Shown: positions 36,257-46,552, counted from the stretch's first letter. The stretch is DNA of 59,330 nt from a virus (IMGVR_UViG_3300011336_000352:1-59330); one strand, 5' to 3'. Numbers and translations: made by a program. Notes: generated by a model not told the origin, from the sequence alone.

Positions 36257-36853
36257 ATGTTAAAGAAGATACTAAAGAACATCCTAGCTTTTCTAAAGAA
36301 CCTATTTACCAGCAAATCAACAACCCCTAACTCACCCCCATCATCCACTGGTGGATCACCTTCTCCTCCATCGGAGACAGATGATAGTACAGCTCTTCCA
36401 GAAGGTTTTGACAGCGCCCCTAATGAATTGGGGTACGTAAAGCTAACTCAGGTAGAGCAGGATCGAGTGAAGTACCTGAATGGTCCAGATCCGGCATATC
36501 GCTATTGGGCAAAGACAGTTCCGCACTGGTACGCAATCGACGATACGCTCAAAGCGTTCACGCTTTCGGATGCGCAGCGCAAAAAGCTAGCGCTTGACCT
36601 GAATCAGGCAACTGTGCTGCTGGCTATGCAAGGCGCTGGGGAGTGGGCCCTTAGTGTAGCCGCCAACATTCCGGACAGCGCCGCATTCAGCACTGGCGAT
36701 CTTCGCCCGGATATCGCTGGCGTCCACCTGCGCAATCTTGCCGAGGCACTCGCACACCAGCGCGCGCACATGAAGGCGATCAATCCGGATGGCTTGGATG
36801 TGGTAGTTTTGGGTACGCTTCCAGATGCGTCTGGTGGTAAGTTTAAAAATTAA
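36257..36853 (+). CDS. Hypothetical protein with amphipathic N-terminus and Pro/Ser linker
   Basis: 198 aa; first gene after the long leader. Confidence 0.7.
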   Translation: MLKKILKNILAFLKNLFTSKSTTPNSPPSSTGGSPSPPSETDDSTALPEGFDSAPNELGYVKLTQVEQDRVKYLNGPDPAYRYWAKTVPHWYAIDDTLKAFTLSDAQRKKLALDLNQATVLLAMQGAGEWALSVAANIPDSAAFSTGDLRPDIAGVHLRNLAEALAHQRAHMKAINPDGLDVVVLGTLPDASGGKFKN

Positions 36854-36890
36854 CAATTACATCTAATCTGAACACACGAGGATAACCATC

Positions 36891-37457
36891 ATGGCAAGTA
36901 TTTCCAGCGTCTTAAATCAAAATCAAACACTAGAGCTGCTAGAGAAGCAGAGTCTGGTAAAGTCTTTCCGGCAAGCTACTGGGCAGTTTAAAGCTCTAGC
37001 TCCAACTAGCGTAGTTTCGTCAACGGCATTTGTTGCCGAACCAGAATTCTCTTTTCCACTCAAAGCTAAACGTAAGTACGTCTTGGAGGCTTGCTTTTTA
37101 ATCTCTTCTGCCGCCTCAGGCGGAGCCAAGATTCAGTTAAATGCTCCCGCCAATACTTCTGGTAATTCAGTTCTCAGTGGTAAGGTAGCTAGTTCAGGTA
37201 CTACTGCTTCTGGAGCTACTGTAGGTACTACTACTGGGGCTTCTACCTCTACTCTGAATGCTACCTCGTTGTACTCTAATGCAGGTGCTACAGATCAAGT
37301 GTACGTGCAAGCATTTATTGTTCCAGCAGTGGATGATGTTTTGACTTTCTCCTTTGCTCAGAATACCTCTAATGCTACGGCATCAGTTTTGCTACTAGGC
37401 TCAAGTGTTAATGTGATTGAACTCGGCCAGTCACGTAGATCTCCTAACGTAGTGTAA
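36891..37457 (+). CDS. Putative virion structural protein (beta-rich)
   Basis: 188 aa Ser/Thr/Ala-rich; GAGGA RBS. Confidence 0.6.
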   Translation: MASISSVLNQNQTLELLEKQSLVKSFRQATGQFKALAPTSVVSSTAFVAEPEFSFPLKAKRKYVLEACFLISSAASGGAKIQLNAPANTSGNSVLSGKVASSGTTASGATVGTTTGASTSTLNATSLYSNAGATDQVYVQAFIVPAVDDVLTFSFAQNTSNATASVLLLGSSVNVIELGQSRRSPNVV

Positions 37458-37463
37458 TTAGTA

Positions 37464-37661
37464 GTGTTTAGTGAAGAGACTTGTAGAGCTTTAAGATTGC
37501 TCCTAGCGTACGCGAGTATGCTAGGAGTATTTCTTATTGAGTGGTTTCATCAAGGATCTGCAAAGAACCTAGAGATCATTCTACCTGCTACTATAGGCGC
37601 TTACCACTTAGGCGAATACTACACAAACAAAGAGGAACACAGAGATGAGCAACAGAATTAA
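37464..37661 (+). CDS. Putative holin
   Basis: 65 aa, two hydrophobic segments and a charged tail, near the endolysin. Confidence 0.5.
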   Translation: MFSEETCRALRLLLAYASMLGVFLIEWFHQGSAKNLEIILPATIGAYHLGEYYTNKEEHRDEQQN

Positions 37662-38007
37662 CCCAGCGCAAGTAAATGGAACTATTACAGCGACTGGCAC
37701 AGGTAACGCTATAGGCCCGTACAAGTTTAGGATAGGAGCATCCCTGGATGGAGTAAACATCTACGGGTATTCCACTAATGCCACGGATGTTTTTTCAGTT
37801 ATAGTAGTTCCACCAGGTACTGATTTTACTAATGCGAATAACCAGATTATAGCCAAGACTGCTCTAACCTGCCCGAATCTGGCATCCTTTAGTAATAAGA
37901 CTGCTGTTAATATGCTCCCTAGCTGCGATATTTATGTGTACGCAACTACGTGCACGGGAACTATGACTGTCGCGATGGAAAGGATTTCTTCAACTTCTAG
38001 AGTATAA
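37645..38007 (+). CDS. Putative virion protein
   Basis: 120 aa Thr-rich; GAGGA RBS. Confidence 0.6.
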   Translation: MSNRINPAQVNGTITATGTGNAIGPYKFRIGASLDGVNIYGYSTNATDVFSVIVVPPGTDFTNANNQIIAKTALTCPNLASFSNKTAVNMLPSCDIYVYATTCTGTMTVAMERISSTSRV

Positions 38008-38009
38008 CA

Positions 38010-38459
38010 ATGGCTTGGGATGACCGAGAAAAGCAAGAAATAGAATTAGATGAGGGCAAGGTCTTAACCTCGTACAAGGATTCTTTAGGGAATTGGACTA
38101 TAGGTATCGGGCATTTACTTGGCACTGATCCAAAGTTTCAAGGTATAACAATCACAGAACAAGAATGTGAAGAATACTTTGAAGAGGATTTCAATGAGGC
38201 AGTAAAAGAAGCTCAATCAGCTTTCGATGGGTTTGAGGGGTTAGATGGTCCACGTAAGGGAGCTATAGTAAATATGGCTTTCCAGATGGGGGAAAAGACC
38301 TTGAGTACTTTCCACACGTTCTTAGATTACTTAGACAGGGGAATGTACCAAGAAGCAGCCCTAGATTTAATGAATACGCGATACGCTAGACAGGTACCAC
38401 AAAGAGCTAAACGAATAGCCTACCGAATACGAACAGGACAATATGCAGCCCGACAATAA
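38010..38459 (+). CDS. Endolysin, T4-type lysozyme (GH24)
   Basis: DEG....YKDSLGNWTIGIGH; NMAFQMG; YARQVPQRAKR. Confidence 0.93.
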   Translation: MAWDDREKQEIELDEGKVLTSYKDSLGNWTIGIGHLLGTDPKFQGITITEQECEEYFEEDFNEAVKEAQSAFDGFEGLDGPRKGAIVNMAFQMGEKTLSTFHTFLDYLDRGMYQEAALDLMNTRYARQVPQRAKRIAYRIRTGQYAARQ

Positions 38460-38883
38460 AGATAACGAGAGTACCTTAGAGGAAGATGTTATTCCTCTTA
38501 TGTTGATGACTAACGAACCAAATGAAGATAAGCTACGCTTTATGGAGTTACTCTATCAAGCAATGGCAGTAGGCCAAGTAGCTTACATGGATGGTAAAGA
38601 CCCAGATACGGGGGAGATTGTTCCTCTTATTGTCGGCATTCAGCCAGAAGCTAATGGCTTAGTATCTATATACCCACTAGCTAGAATTATCAAACCCACC
38701 GATGAATCAATTAACTACCACGTCCCAGACGGAGCCGGAGCTTACTCACCCCTTAATGTTGGAGAGCCCATCGACCTCGGAATCTCCCCAGCCACCGCAG
38801 ATAGCGGAACCACAACTGATAGTGGAAAAGAGAAAGCCGGGAAGACCGAAGGGAACGACAAAGAAGGACACACTATCCACTAA
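38443..38883 (+). CDS. Acidic hypothetical protein
   Basis: 146 aa; AGGA RBS; overlaps the small terminase 5' end. Confidence 0.65.
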   Translation: MQPDNKDNESTLEEDVIPLMLMTNEPNEDKLRFMELLYQAMAVGQVAYMDGKDPDTGEIVPLIVGIQPEANGLVSIYPLARIIKPTDESINYHVPDGAGAYSPLNVGEPIDLGISPATADSGTTTDSGKEKAGKTEGNDKEGHTIH

Positions 38884-39331
38884 TGATGGAGAAGAGCACT
38901 GGGCTATAAAGATGGTAAATCTTTACAAGTCTGGTGCTTCTGATGTTGAGGTCTGTAAGGATTTAGGCATTTCTTATAATGACTTTAACGACAGGAAGAA
39001 GCAAGATTCTATCTTCTCTAGTATTGTGGATTATGGTCGCTTAGCTGCTAAAGCTTGGTGGATGGAACTAGGGCGCAAAGGAGCCACTGGCGAAAAGAAC
39101 TTCAATTACAATGCGTGGTACGCAGTAATGAAGAATCGCTTTGGTTGGTCTGATCGTAGCGAGATTGTAGAAGGCAGCGAAAAGAATATAGATCAGCAGT
39201 CTAAAGACGAGTTGATTTCTCAACTAGCTGCTCGCAAAGATTCTCTAGCCAAGCTGCTTAATACTAGCAATGTAATACTAGCTACGACTAACCTACTAGA
39301 AACAGATGACAGCGAACTTGAGCCTACATGA
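38702..39331 (+). CDS. terS: Terminase small subunit (start uncertain)
   Basis: KPGRPKG, helix-turn-helix-like GASDVEVCKDLGIS, AWWMELGR...MKNRFGWSDR; precedes terL. Confidence 0.8.
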   Translation: MNQLTTTSQTEPELTHPLMLESPSTSESPQPPQIAEPQLIVEKRKPGRPKGTTKKDTLSTNDGEEHWAIKMVNLYKSGASDVEVCKDLGISYNDFNDRKKQDSIFSSIVDYGRLAAKAWWMELGRKGATGEKNFNYNAWYAVMKNRFGWSDRSEIVEGSEKNIDQQSKDELISQLAARKDSLAKLLNTSNVILATTNLLETDDSELEPT

Positions 39332-40220
39332 AGCAATTGAGAAACTAAATCTCAAGGAACTAAAGTCTAGTATTCCTCAAGAAGGTTACACTGTAAGGCA
39401 AAGAGCTGCGCTAGAAGCAAAGCTAAAAGAGTTAGTCGGGGCTAAGACTACAAGAGTAAAAGAGCCGAGTGTAGATGATTTAAGAAAGCTCATTGAAATA
39501 CACGATGAGCTTTTAAAGCGAGAGGATACCTCTGGGTTCCACAAGTGGTTTAAGCCGGGAACTCCGTACGGGATAGATCGCTTATCTAAGCACAAGGCAA
39601 TGTTTGACGCAACTAAGGACTATAGAGAAGTCCTTATGTTGGGCGGAAACCGTACAGGCAAGACCAGAGGGGGAGCTACTTTCATAGCAGCTCTAGCTAC
39701 TGGACAATATCCTGAGTGGTGGGAAGGAGTTAGATTCGATCATCCCACTTCTAACTGGGCAGCAGGTAAGACTGGGCAAACTACCCGAGACACAGTTCAA
39801 GAAGCTCTCATGGGGCCAATTGGAGCTTGGGGAACTGGAGCCTTACCTTTAGATTGTATAGGAAGAACTACAGCTAGACAGGGCATTCCTAATGCCTTGG
39901 ATACTGTAGAAGTAAAGCACATAAGCGGAGGAACATCCACTATAGGATTTAAATCCTTCGACCAGAAAGCTTCGAGCTTTTATGGTACAGCAAAGCACGG
40001 GGTATGGCTGGATGAGCCATGCCCTGATCTAGTTTATAATGAGTGCTTGATTCGTACCATGACTACCAATGGAAGATTGCTTCACACAGTTACCCCCAAA
40101 GAGGGCCTTACTAGATTACTAGCAGAGTTCTTAAGCACCTGCGATCTGTTAGCAGGAGCAGAGAGAATCAAGGGCCTAGAGGCTATGATGAAGCTAGTAG
40201 AGATGAATGAGAATGATTGA
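39306..40220 (+). CDS. terL: Terminase large subunit, N-terminal ATPase part (P22-like)
   Basis: Walker A GGNRTGKT; YPEWWEG; Walker B VWLDEP; coupling motif TVTP. Confidence 0.9.
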   Translation: MTANLSLHEAIEKLNLKELKSSIPQEGYTVRQRAALEAKLKELVGAKTTRVKEPSVDDLRKLIEIHDELLKREDTSGFHKWFKPGTPYGIDRLSKHKAMFDATKDYREVLMLGGNRTGKTRGGATFIAALATGQYPEWWEGVRFDHPTSNWAAGKTGQTTRDTVQEALMGPIGAWGTGALPLDCIGRTTARQGIPNALDTVEVKHISGGTSTIGFKSFDQKASSFYGTAKHGVWLDEPCPDLVYNECLIRTMTTNGRLLHTVTPKEGLTRLLAEFLSTCDLLAGAERIKGLEAMMKLVEMNEND

Positions 40221-40983
40221 GCAGAAGGAAAAATCTAAAGCTAGTCGGGCTACAGTTACCATTGGTATGGAAGATGTGCCCTGGTTAGACAAGAAGGATA
40301 TACAAGAAATCCTAGCTGCTACTCCTCCGCATCTAAGGGATGCAGTAAAGAATGGAACTCCATCTCTAGGTTCAGGTGCAGTATATCCAATTCCCTTGGA
40401 TGAGATAGTTTTAACCCAGAAGGATGTAGAAAAGCTAAGGCCCTTCCCGGCTCATTGGAAGTACTTGTACGGAATGGACGTTGGCTGGAATCGTACAGCA
40501 GTAATGTTTGTAGTGCAAGATACGGACAACGATATCATGTACGTGTACGATGAGTACTCACAAGGTAAGATGGAGCCCGAGATACACGCTGCTCGTATCT
40601 TACAAAAAGGCTCTTGGATGATAGGAGCTATTGACCCAGCTTCTAGAGGTAGATCTCAAGTAGATGGAATGCAGCTAATCAAGATTTACCGTCAGCTAGG
40701 GCTGCGTGTTAGGGAAGCTAACAATGAAGTTGAGGCTGGAATCTTTAAAATCTGGTCTAGGCTATCAGCAGGAAAGCTCAAGTTTTTTCCAAACACTCTT
40801 CAACTACAGAATGAATATCTACTCTATCGTAGAGATGATACTGGAAAGATTGTCAAAGAGCACGATCACTGTCTTGATGCTTTGCGCTATGCTATCAATA
40901 CTTTTCATCTAGCTACCCCGAAGCCTGAAAGTATAGATAGACCCTTAATAAATAAGCAAGCTATACCACACTATAACGTATAA
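40207..40983 (+). CDS. terL: Terminase large subunit, C-terminal part (lid plus RNase H-like nuclease)
   Basis: EDVPWL; GTPSLGSGAVY; GMDVGW; IDPAS; DHCLDALRYA. Confidence 0.9.
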   Translation: MRMIEQKEKSKASRATVTIGMEDVPWLDKKDIQEILAATPPHLRDAVKNGTPSLGSGAVYPIPLDEIVLTQKDVEKLRPFPAHWKYLYGMDVGWNRTAVMFVVQDTDNDIMYVYDEYSQGKMEPEIHAARILQKGSWMIGAIDPASRGRSQVDGMQLIKIYRQLGLRVREANNEVEAGIFKIWSRLSAGKLKFFPNTLQLQNEYLLYRRDDTGKIVKEHDHCLDALRYAINTFHLATPKPESIDRPLINKQAIPHYNV

Positions 40984-40985
40984 CT

Positions 40986-43475
40986 ATGATTAATGAATCT
41001 TCTTTAGGTGTAACTCCAGGACCGTATCAGCAAGTGATGCCAGTTACAGAGGCGGGGGGTAGCCATCTTATTAATCCAACAGATAATACTCCTGACAGTG
41101 CTACGCAGGTACAGATTCAAAGTGACGTGCCGCTGTCTCAAGAAGATCAAGATAAGCTAGTTAATCTAGCACTTGAGTTAGTACAGCGCAAGAAGGATGC
41201 TGAATTTACTCTGGCTAGAAGCGTAGAGGGAAAGCTAAGCAAGCGGATGGGAACCCGCAAGAATAAAGAGAACCAGTGGTTAGAGTCCATGAGGCTTTAT
41301 CTAGGTTCTCTTTCTAGTTATAACATAGTAACTGGAGAATACCCTTTTGGGACTAAGGATGATTATAGTACTGCCGGACAGAATATTCACCGCCCAGAGT
41401 TTAATATCATTCGCCAGAAGTGCAACATTGCTATAGCACAGTGCGTATCCCATCAGTTTGCTGCTGGTGATAAGAACTGGAATCTCCGTATTCCACAAGT
41501 GATTGATATAGATCAGGATGATGTACAGGCTATAATTCAACAGTCTGGTAATCCTAATCTAACTCCTCAAGACGTTGCCCAGATCAAATGCGATCTGATG
41601 GAGCGTGAGATTGACTACCATCTAGAATTAACTCGTTATCCAAAAGAGTGTCGCTTAGCCATAGCAGACCGAGTTATTTTAGGTACTGGTATAATGAAGG
41701 GGCCAATCAATTGTGGCCAACTAAAAAAGATCTACACAAAACAAAGAACATCAGATGGCAAGGTTATTCGCATACCTAGCTATACTGTAGAGACTACTCC
41801 GCTAATCTATAGAATCAATCCTTGGTATTTTTTCCCTGATGATAGTGTAACTGATATAGCTAAAGCTGAGGATGCTATTGAAGTTCACCCAATGTCTAAG
41901 GCAGAATTAGCAGAGCTAGTAAATCATCCGGGCTATAATCCAGAAGAGATTGCAGCCTGTTTGGGAGAAGAGCCTCGCCAATACACGAACTCCCCCTTCA
42001 ACGATCCTGCCTATTTAACGCAGGGAATTAATCTACTAAAGAACAAGTACCTAGTCCTAGAATACCACGGTCCTATTAAGAAGGAAGATTTGGATATACT
42101 GGGAATAGAATCCAATTCTCCACTAGATGAAGTCTACGGAGAAATCTGGGTTTGTAACAGCCGCGTCATTCGCCTACAATTAGAAACTCTAGAGGGGTGC
42201 AATAAGCTCCCCTATGTAGCTAGTGTGTGGGAGCCAGATCCAGCTATGATCTTTGGATTTGGTATTCCAATGCTTGCGCGCGATCAGCAGCGTGTAGTAA
42301 ACGAATCGTATAAGATGATCTTGGATAATGCTGGAGTATCAGCAGGACCTCAGGTTATCGTGGATACAACTATAATTAAGCCAGCCACTGGAGGAATGGA
42401 ATGTACTCCGTGGAAGGTATGGTTAGCAAATGAGTACGGGGCTGACGTAACCAAAGCGATTCAGTTCTTTACTCCTCCTAATTCATTCGAGGAATTATCT
42501 GCGCTACTAACTCTAGCTAGAGGATTTGCAGATGAAGAATCTAGCATAAATCTATTTATGGCAAATGCTGGAACTCCAGCGGGAGCCATGGATAGTGCTA
42601 CTGGAATGGCATTGCAGAATGAGAATGCAATGACTCCAATCTTCTATAAGTCAGAGCAGTGGGATGATGAAGTTACTCATCCTCTAATAGACTTTATGTA
42701 CGATTGGGAAATGCAGTACAATCCTAAGGATGAGATTAAGGGAACATTTGATATTGATGTTCGCAGCACCACAGCTCTTCTCAAGGGATTGATGGATCAG
42801 CAGAAGCTTGATCGTCTATTCCAAGAGATTGCTCAGGGCAGCCCCGTTGGTGAGTGGGTCAATCTAGATGAGCTAGTTGAGGCCCGCTTGGCTATTATGA
42901 AACTTCCATTTGCTAATATAGTAAAGAATCCACAGGAGGTACAGCAGGCTCGTGCTCAGAAGCCGCCTCCGCCCCCAGATCCAAATATGCTCAAAGCGCA
43001 GGCAATGCTACAACAGAACCAGCTTGATGGCCAGCGCATTGCTCTGGATGCTAATAAGCTACAGTGGGAGCAGCAGAAACATTCAGCAGATCTTCAAATG
43101 CAAGCCAGCATTCAGGCAGATACTAACTCTGCGAAGATTCATCAGCACGAGCTTGATGTTCAGAAGGCAGCTATCCAAGCTAAGAGCGCAATGATGAATG
43201 CTAATAATCAAGCAAGCGCTTCTCAGGGCCAGATTAATAGTAACTTACAGTCTACTATAATGGCTAACCAGACTAAGAAGCAAATAGCTGGGCTTAAGCA
43301 CGTAGAGAGTCAGAATAAACTTATAGTTGAGCAGCAAAAGATTGCAGCTCAGCAACGAACAGCACAAGCTAAACAAGACCAGGAACTTCGGCAGATAAGA
43401 TCCAATGCACTTCCTCGTCAAGAGAAATACGTAAATAGAAATCTAACCGAACATAATCCCAAACCAGTTAAATAA
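40986..43475 (+). CDS. Portal protein (podovirus type, long C-terminal coiled coil)
   Basis: 829 aa after terL; LGTGIMKGP; FGFGIP; LDNAGVS; Gln-rich tail. Confidence 0.88.
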   Translation: MINESSLGVTPGPYQQVMPVTEAGGSHLINPTDNTPDSATQVQIQSDVPLSQEDQDKLVNLALELVQRKKDAEFTLARSVEGKLSKRMGTRKNKENQWLESMRLYLGSLSSYNIVTGEYPFGTKDDYSTAGQNIHRPEFNIIRQKCNIAIAQCVSHQFAAGDKNWNLRIPQVIDIDQDDVQAIIQQSGNPNLTPQDVAQIKCDLMEREIDYHLELTRYPKECRLAIADRVILGTGIMKGPINCGQLKKIYTKQRTSDGKVIRIPSYTVETTPLIYRINPWYFFPDDSVTDIAKAEDAIEVHPMSKAELAELVNHPGYNPEEIAACLGEEPRQYTNSPFNDPAYLTQGINLLKNKYLVLEYHGPIKKEDLDILGIESNSPLDEVYGEIWVCNSRVIRLQLETLEGCNKLPYVASVWEPDPAMIFGFGIPMLARDQQRVVNESYKMILDNAGVSAGPQVIVDTTIIKPATGGMECTPWKVWLANEYGADVTKAIQFFTPPNSFEELSALLTLARGFADEESSINLFMANAGTPAGAMDSATGMALQNENAMTPIFYKSEQWDDEVTHPLIDFMYDWEMQYNPKDEIKGTFDIDVRSTTALLKGLMDQQKLDRLFQEIAQGSPVGEWVNLDELVEARLAIMKLPFANIVKNPQEVQQARAQKPPPPPDPNMLKAQAMLQQNQLDGQRIALDANKLQWEQQKHSADLQMQASIQADTNSAKIHQHELDVQKAAIQAKSAMMNANNQASASQGQINSNLQSTIMANQTKKQIAGLKHVESQNKLIVEQQKIAAQQRTAQAKQDQELRQIRSNALPRQEKYVNRNLTEHNPKPVK

Positions 43476-43477
43476 TA

Positions 43478-43678
43478 ATGGATAACTCGTTAGTAACATT
43501 TAGATCCGGAGATTGGAATTACGTAGTACAGATTTGTGAGGAGGCTTTAAAAATGCAAAGGTCTTTGCTAGAGAACCCAAATACCTCCTACAAAGAAAAG
43601 CTAATAGCTATAGGACATATAGCTAATGCTAAGAAGATATTAAACCTGCCGTCTATCGCACCGCAAAATAAAGGATAA
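43478..43678 (+). CDS. Small head-assembly-region protein
   Basis: 66 aa between portal and scaffold. Confidence 0.65.
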   Translation: MDNSLVTFRSGDWNYVVQICEEALKMQRSLLENPNTSYKEKLIAIGHIANAKKILNLPSIAPQNKG

Positions 43679-43681
43679 TTC

Positions 43682-44869
43682 GTGGACCCCGAAACTCAAG
43701 TAGCAACGCCGGACTCAATTCCCGCTAATCATATTGACATTGATTCACAAGAAACACAGAAGCTATTAGACGATGCTTTTAACTCTGCCAGAGGTAAGGA
43801 TACTCCTTCAGTAGGAGTAGTATCAGAACCAAAGGAACCAGTAAAAGAAGCTCCTCAAGCAGCTACTAATGCAAGTACAGATGAGGATAGTGGAGCTAAG
43901 CAGGCCACCACTACACAAGCTAAAGCAGAAGATAAATCCCCAGATACTGGAACTACAGAAAGCAAGCAAGAACTTGTAGGTATTCCTGATTGGGCAAAAG
44001 ATCTTCCACGAGAGGTCCAAGAGAAAGTTTTAAGTATTGCGCAGGAAGCACAATACCATCAGCAGCGCTGGCGTTCCGATATTGGTCGCCAAAGTGCTCT
44101 GCAAAACAAACTAACCGAAGCTAGGCGAGAGCTAGCTAGGTTAAGCTCTCAAGTAAGACAGCCGCAAGAAGATAGTGATCTTGCCGCAGCAACAAAAGGA
44201 GACCACTCCAAATCTTTGGAGGAATGGAATCAAATAATTGAAGCCGATCCAAATTTAGCAAAGGCCATAGATCTCCGTATTAAGGCAGAAGTAAGTCAAG
44301 CCAAGACCGAGATTGCACGGCAAGTAGATGCAAATATTGATCCGCTATATCGGCACCATGAACAGGCTTTTGTAGAAGAGCAAAATCGTATTCTACATGA
44401 GGTAGTACCTAACGTAGACCAAGTATTGCAAAGTCCAGTGTACAATTTCTGGATTAACAATAGGGCAGCTCCGGGTATTCGCCAACTAGCAACTACTTCA
44501 ACAGATGCTTCTGATGCTATCAATGTGCTACGTATGTACGCACAGGAAGCTCCAAGTATCTTCAATGAAATGGTATCTAATGGTATGCTCCCAGCTCCAC
44601 AGGTTTTACAGCAGAATCCATCTCAGACAGCCCAGCCTGCTCATCAGCAGACAGTATCTAATGATACGTCTGTAGCTGACAAAGTGGCTAAGAATCGTGA
44701 ACAGAAAGTTCACGCGGCACCTGTAGTTCCAACTGCTCCCGTAACAGCACCAACTACATCAATGGCTACCACGCTTGCTAATAGTAAGCCGGGCCAGTCA
44801 ATAGATTTAGATGATGAATACGTACAGAGGGCACTAGAGACTGCCTATAATCAGTATAAGCGAAAATAG
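43682..44869 (+). CDS. Scaffolding protein
   Basis: Acidic, disordered and coiled-coil, directly before the capsid gene. Confidence 0.75.
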   Translation: MDPETQVATPDSIPANHIDIDSQETQKLLDDAFNSARGKDTPSVGVVSEPKEPVKEAPQAATNASTDEDSGAKQATTTQAKAEDKSPDTGTTESKQELVGIPDWAKDLPREVQEKVLSIAQEAQYHQQRWRSDIGRQSALQNKLTEARRELARLSSQVRQPQEDSDLAAATKGDHSKSLEEWNQIIEADPNLAKAIDLRIKAEVSQAKTEIARQVDANIDPLYRHHEQAFVEEQNRILHEVVPNVDQVLQSPVYNFWINNRAAPGIRQLATTSTDASDAINVLRMYAQEAPSIFNEMVSNGMLPAPQVLQQNPSQTAQPAHQQTVSNDTSVADKVAKNREQKVHAAPVVPTAPVTAPTTSMATTLANSKPGQSIDLDDEYVQRALETAYNQYKRK

Positions 44870-44905
44870 CTTTAATTTTTTAACTAACTAAAGGAAAACT
44901 CACCA

Positions 44906-45910
44906 ATGAGTACATTTGTCACTTATGGAGATGTTTCGCCTCGCGTTGGCATTGTTGCTGTTGCTAAGATGTTGGCTCGTGTTGAGCCAATCTTGATTCT
45001 TGAAAAGTTTGGCATGGTAACTCCCCTACCGCGTAATAAGGGTGAAACAATCAAATGGCGTCGTATCCGTCCGCTCGCTGTCTCCACAACTAACCTGACG
45101 GAAGGTGTAACCCCGGCTGCAAGCCAGCTAGCGTATGATGATATCACTACAGCTATTGGCCAGTTTGGCGGCTACATTCAGATTACGGATAAGATCCAAG
45201 ATCTACATGAAGATCGTGTCCTTGATGATGCAATGACTGCTCTAGCAGATCAGGCTGCATCTACTAAGGAAATGATTATCTGGGGCGTTCTACGCGGAGG
45301 TACGCAGGTTCTCTATTCAAATGGAGCATCTCGTAGTTCTGTAAACACACCGCTTGATCTCGACTTGATCCGCACGGCAGTTCAGACCCTAAAGCGCAAT
45401 CACGCGAAGAAGATTACTGAGCGCCTGAAGGCTAGCACTAACATCGCAACTGAACCTGTTAATAGCTCGTTCGTAGTTGTAGGTCACATTGATTTGGAAC
45501 GTGACTTCCGTGAGTGCACATCCTTCGTACCAGTTGAGAAGTATGGCACGCTAAAGCCTCTGGATGAGGAATGGGAGATCGGTAAGGTCGAGGAAGCTCG
45601 CATTATCCTTAGCCCACAGCTATCTCCATTTATTGGCGCTGGTTCCAGCACCACGAATGGTATGATTGCATCCAATGGCTCTAACGTAGACGTTTATCCA
45701 TTCGTAGTTCTAGCCAAGGAATGCTATGGCGTTGTCCCGCTTAAGGGCGCTTCTTCTGTCGAAATGGCAGTTAAGAATCCTAAGATGGGCGAGCCGGGCG
45801 ATCCTCTTGGCCAGCGCGGTTTCGTTGCCTGGAAGATGTGGTATCAGGCAGTGCGCTTGAACGAACAGTGGATGGTTCGTTGTGAAGTGGCAGCTACTCA
45901 GCTCAGCTAA
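44906..45910 (+). CDS. Major capsid protein, N4-gp56 family
   Basis: LPRNKGETIKWRR; LTEGVTP; EIGKVEE; DVYP; DPLGQRGFVAWKMW. Confidence 0.93.
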   Translation: MSTFVTYGDVSPRVGIVAVAKMLARVEPILILEKFGMVTPLPRNKGETIKWRRIRPLAVSTTNLTEGVTPAASQLAYDDITTAIGQFGGYIQITDKIQDLHEDRVLDDAMTALADQAASTKEMIIWGVLRGGTQVLYSNGASRSSVNTPLDLDLIRTAVQTLKRNHAKKITERLKASTNIATEPVNSSFVVVGHIDLERDFRECTSFVPVEKYGTLKPLDEEWEIGKVEEARIILSPQLSPFIGAGSSTTNGMIASNGSNVDVYPFVVLAKECYGVVPLKGASSVEMAVKNPKMGEPGDPLGQRGFVAWKMWYQAVRLNEQWMVRCEVAATQLS

Positions 45911-45921
45911 TATAGGAGAAC

Positions 45922-46512
45922 ATGACAATGGCTAACACTTACAAATCTAACGTCTATCTAGAAAATGCAAACTATCGCCCTAGTGGTCAGAATGAACCTC
46001 AGGAACTAACTGCAACTATCCTAATCCCGGATGGCACTGCTCTTGCTAATGGAGACATTATCAAGCTTGCCAAAATCGGCGATGGTGTTGAGATCGTTAG
46101 TTACGAGCTAAATCTTGACCAGTTTGATTCCAATGCTACTGCTGCACTAAAGGCCAAGCTCGGTATTACCGCCAGCGATGCCTGCTTGCTAGCATCTACC
46201 ATTGTTCAGACAAACACCTCTGGAGCTTTCTCTATCGCCGCTCTCGGCGGGGATAAGGCTACTAGTGGTGGGTTTGCAGTTAATCCCTTCCCCGTGCAGA
46301 CTACTGCTCAGGATGTTATTCTGACTATCACTCAGAATGCAGGCACCAACTATGTTACTGGCGACCGCAAGGTAACGCTTCGCTTCAAGTATCAGTATGC
46401 CTATCCAGACCAGTACGTAACTGGGGTTACTGGGGTTTCTTCAAGCAATCTGCTAGGCACCAAGGTTACTTCACGCGCTGTAGCCTACACGTACAACAAT
46501 CAAGCGCCGTAA
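45922..46512 (+). CDS. Putative capsid decoration / minor capsid protein
   Basis: 196 aa beta-rich, follows MCP with AGGAG RBS. Confidence 0.6.
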   Translation: MTMANTYKSNVYLENANYRPSGQNEPQELTATILIPDGTALANGDIIKLAKIGDGVEIVSYELNLDQFDSNATAALKAKLGITASDACLLASTIVQTNTSGAFSIAALGGDKATSGGFAVNPFPVQTTAQDVILTITQNAGTNYVTGDRKVTLRFKYQYAYPDQYVTGVTGVSSSNLLGTKVTSRAVAYTYNNQAP

Positions 46513-46552
46513 TCAATTGCTTCTTTGAAAAGAAGTGAAACCACAATCCGGA

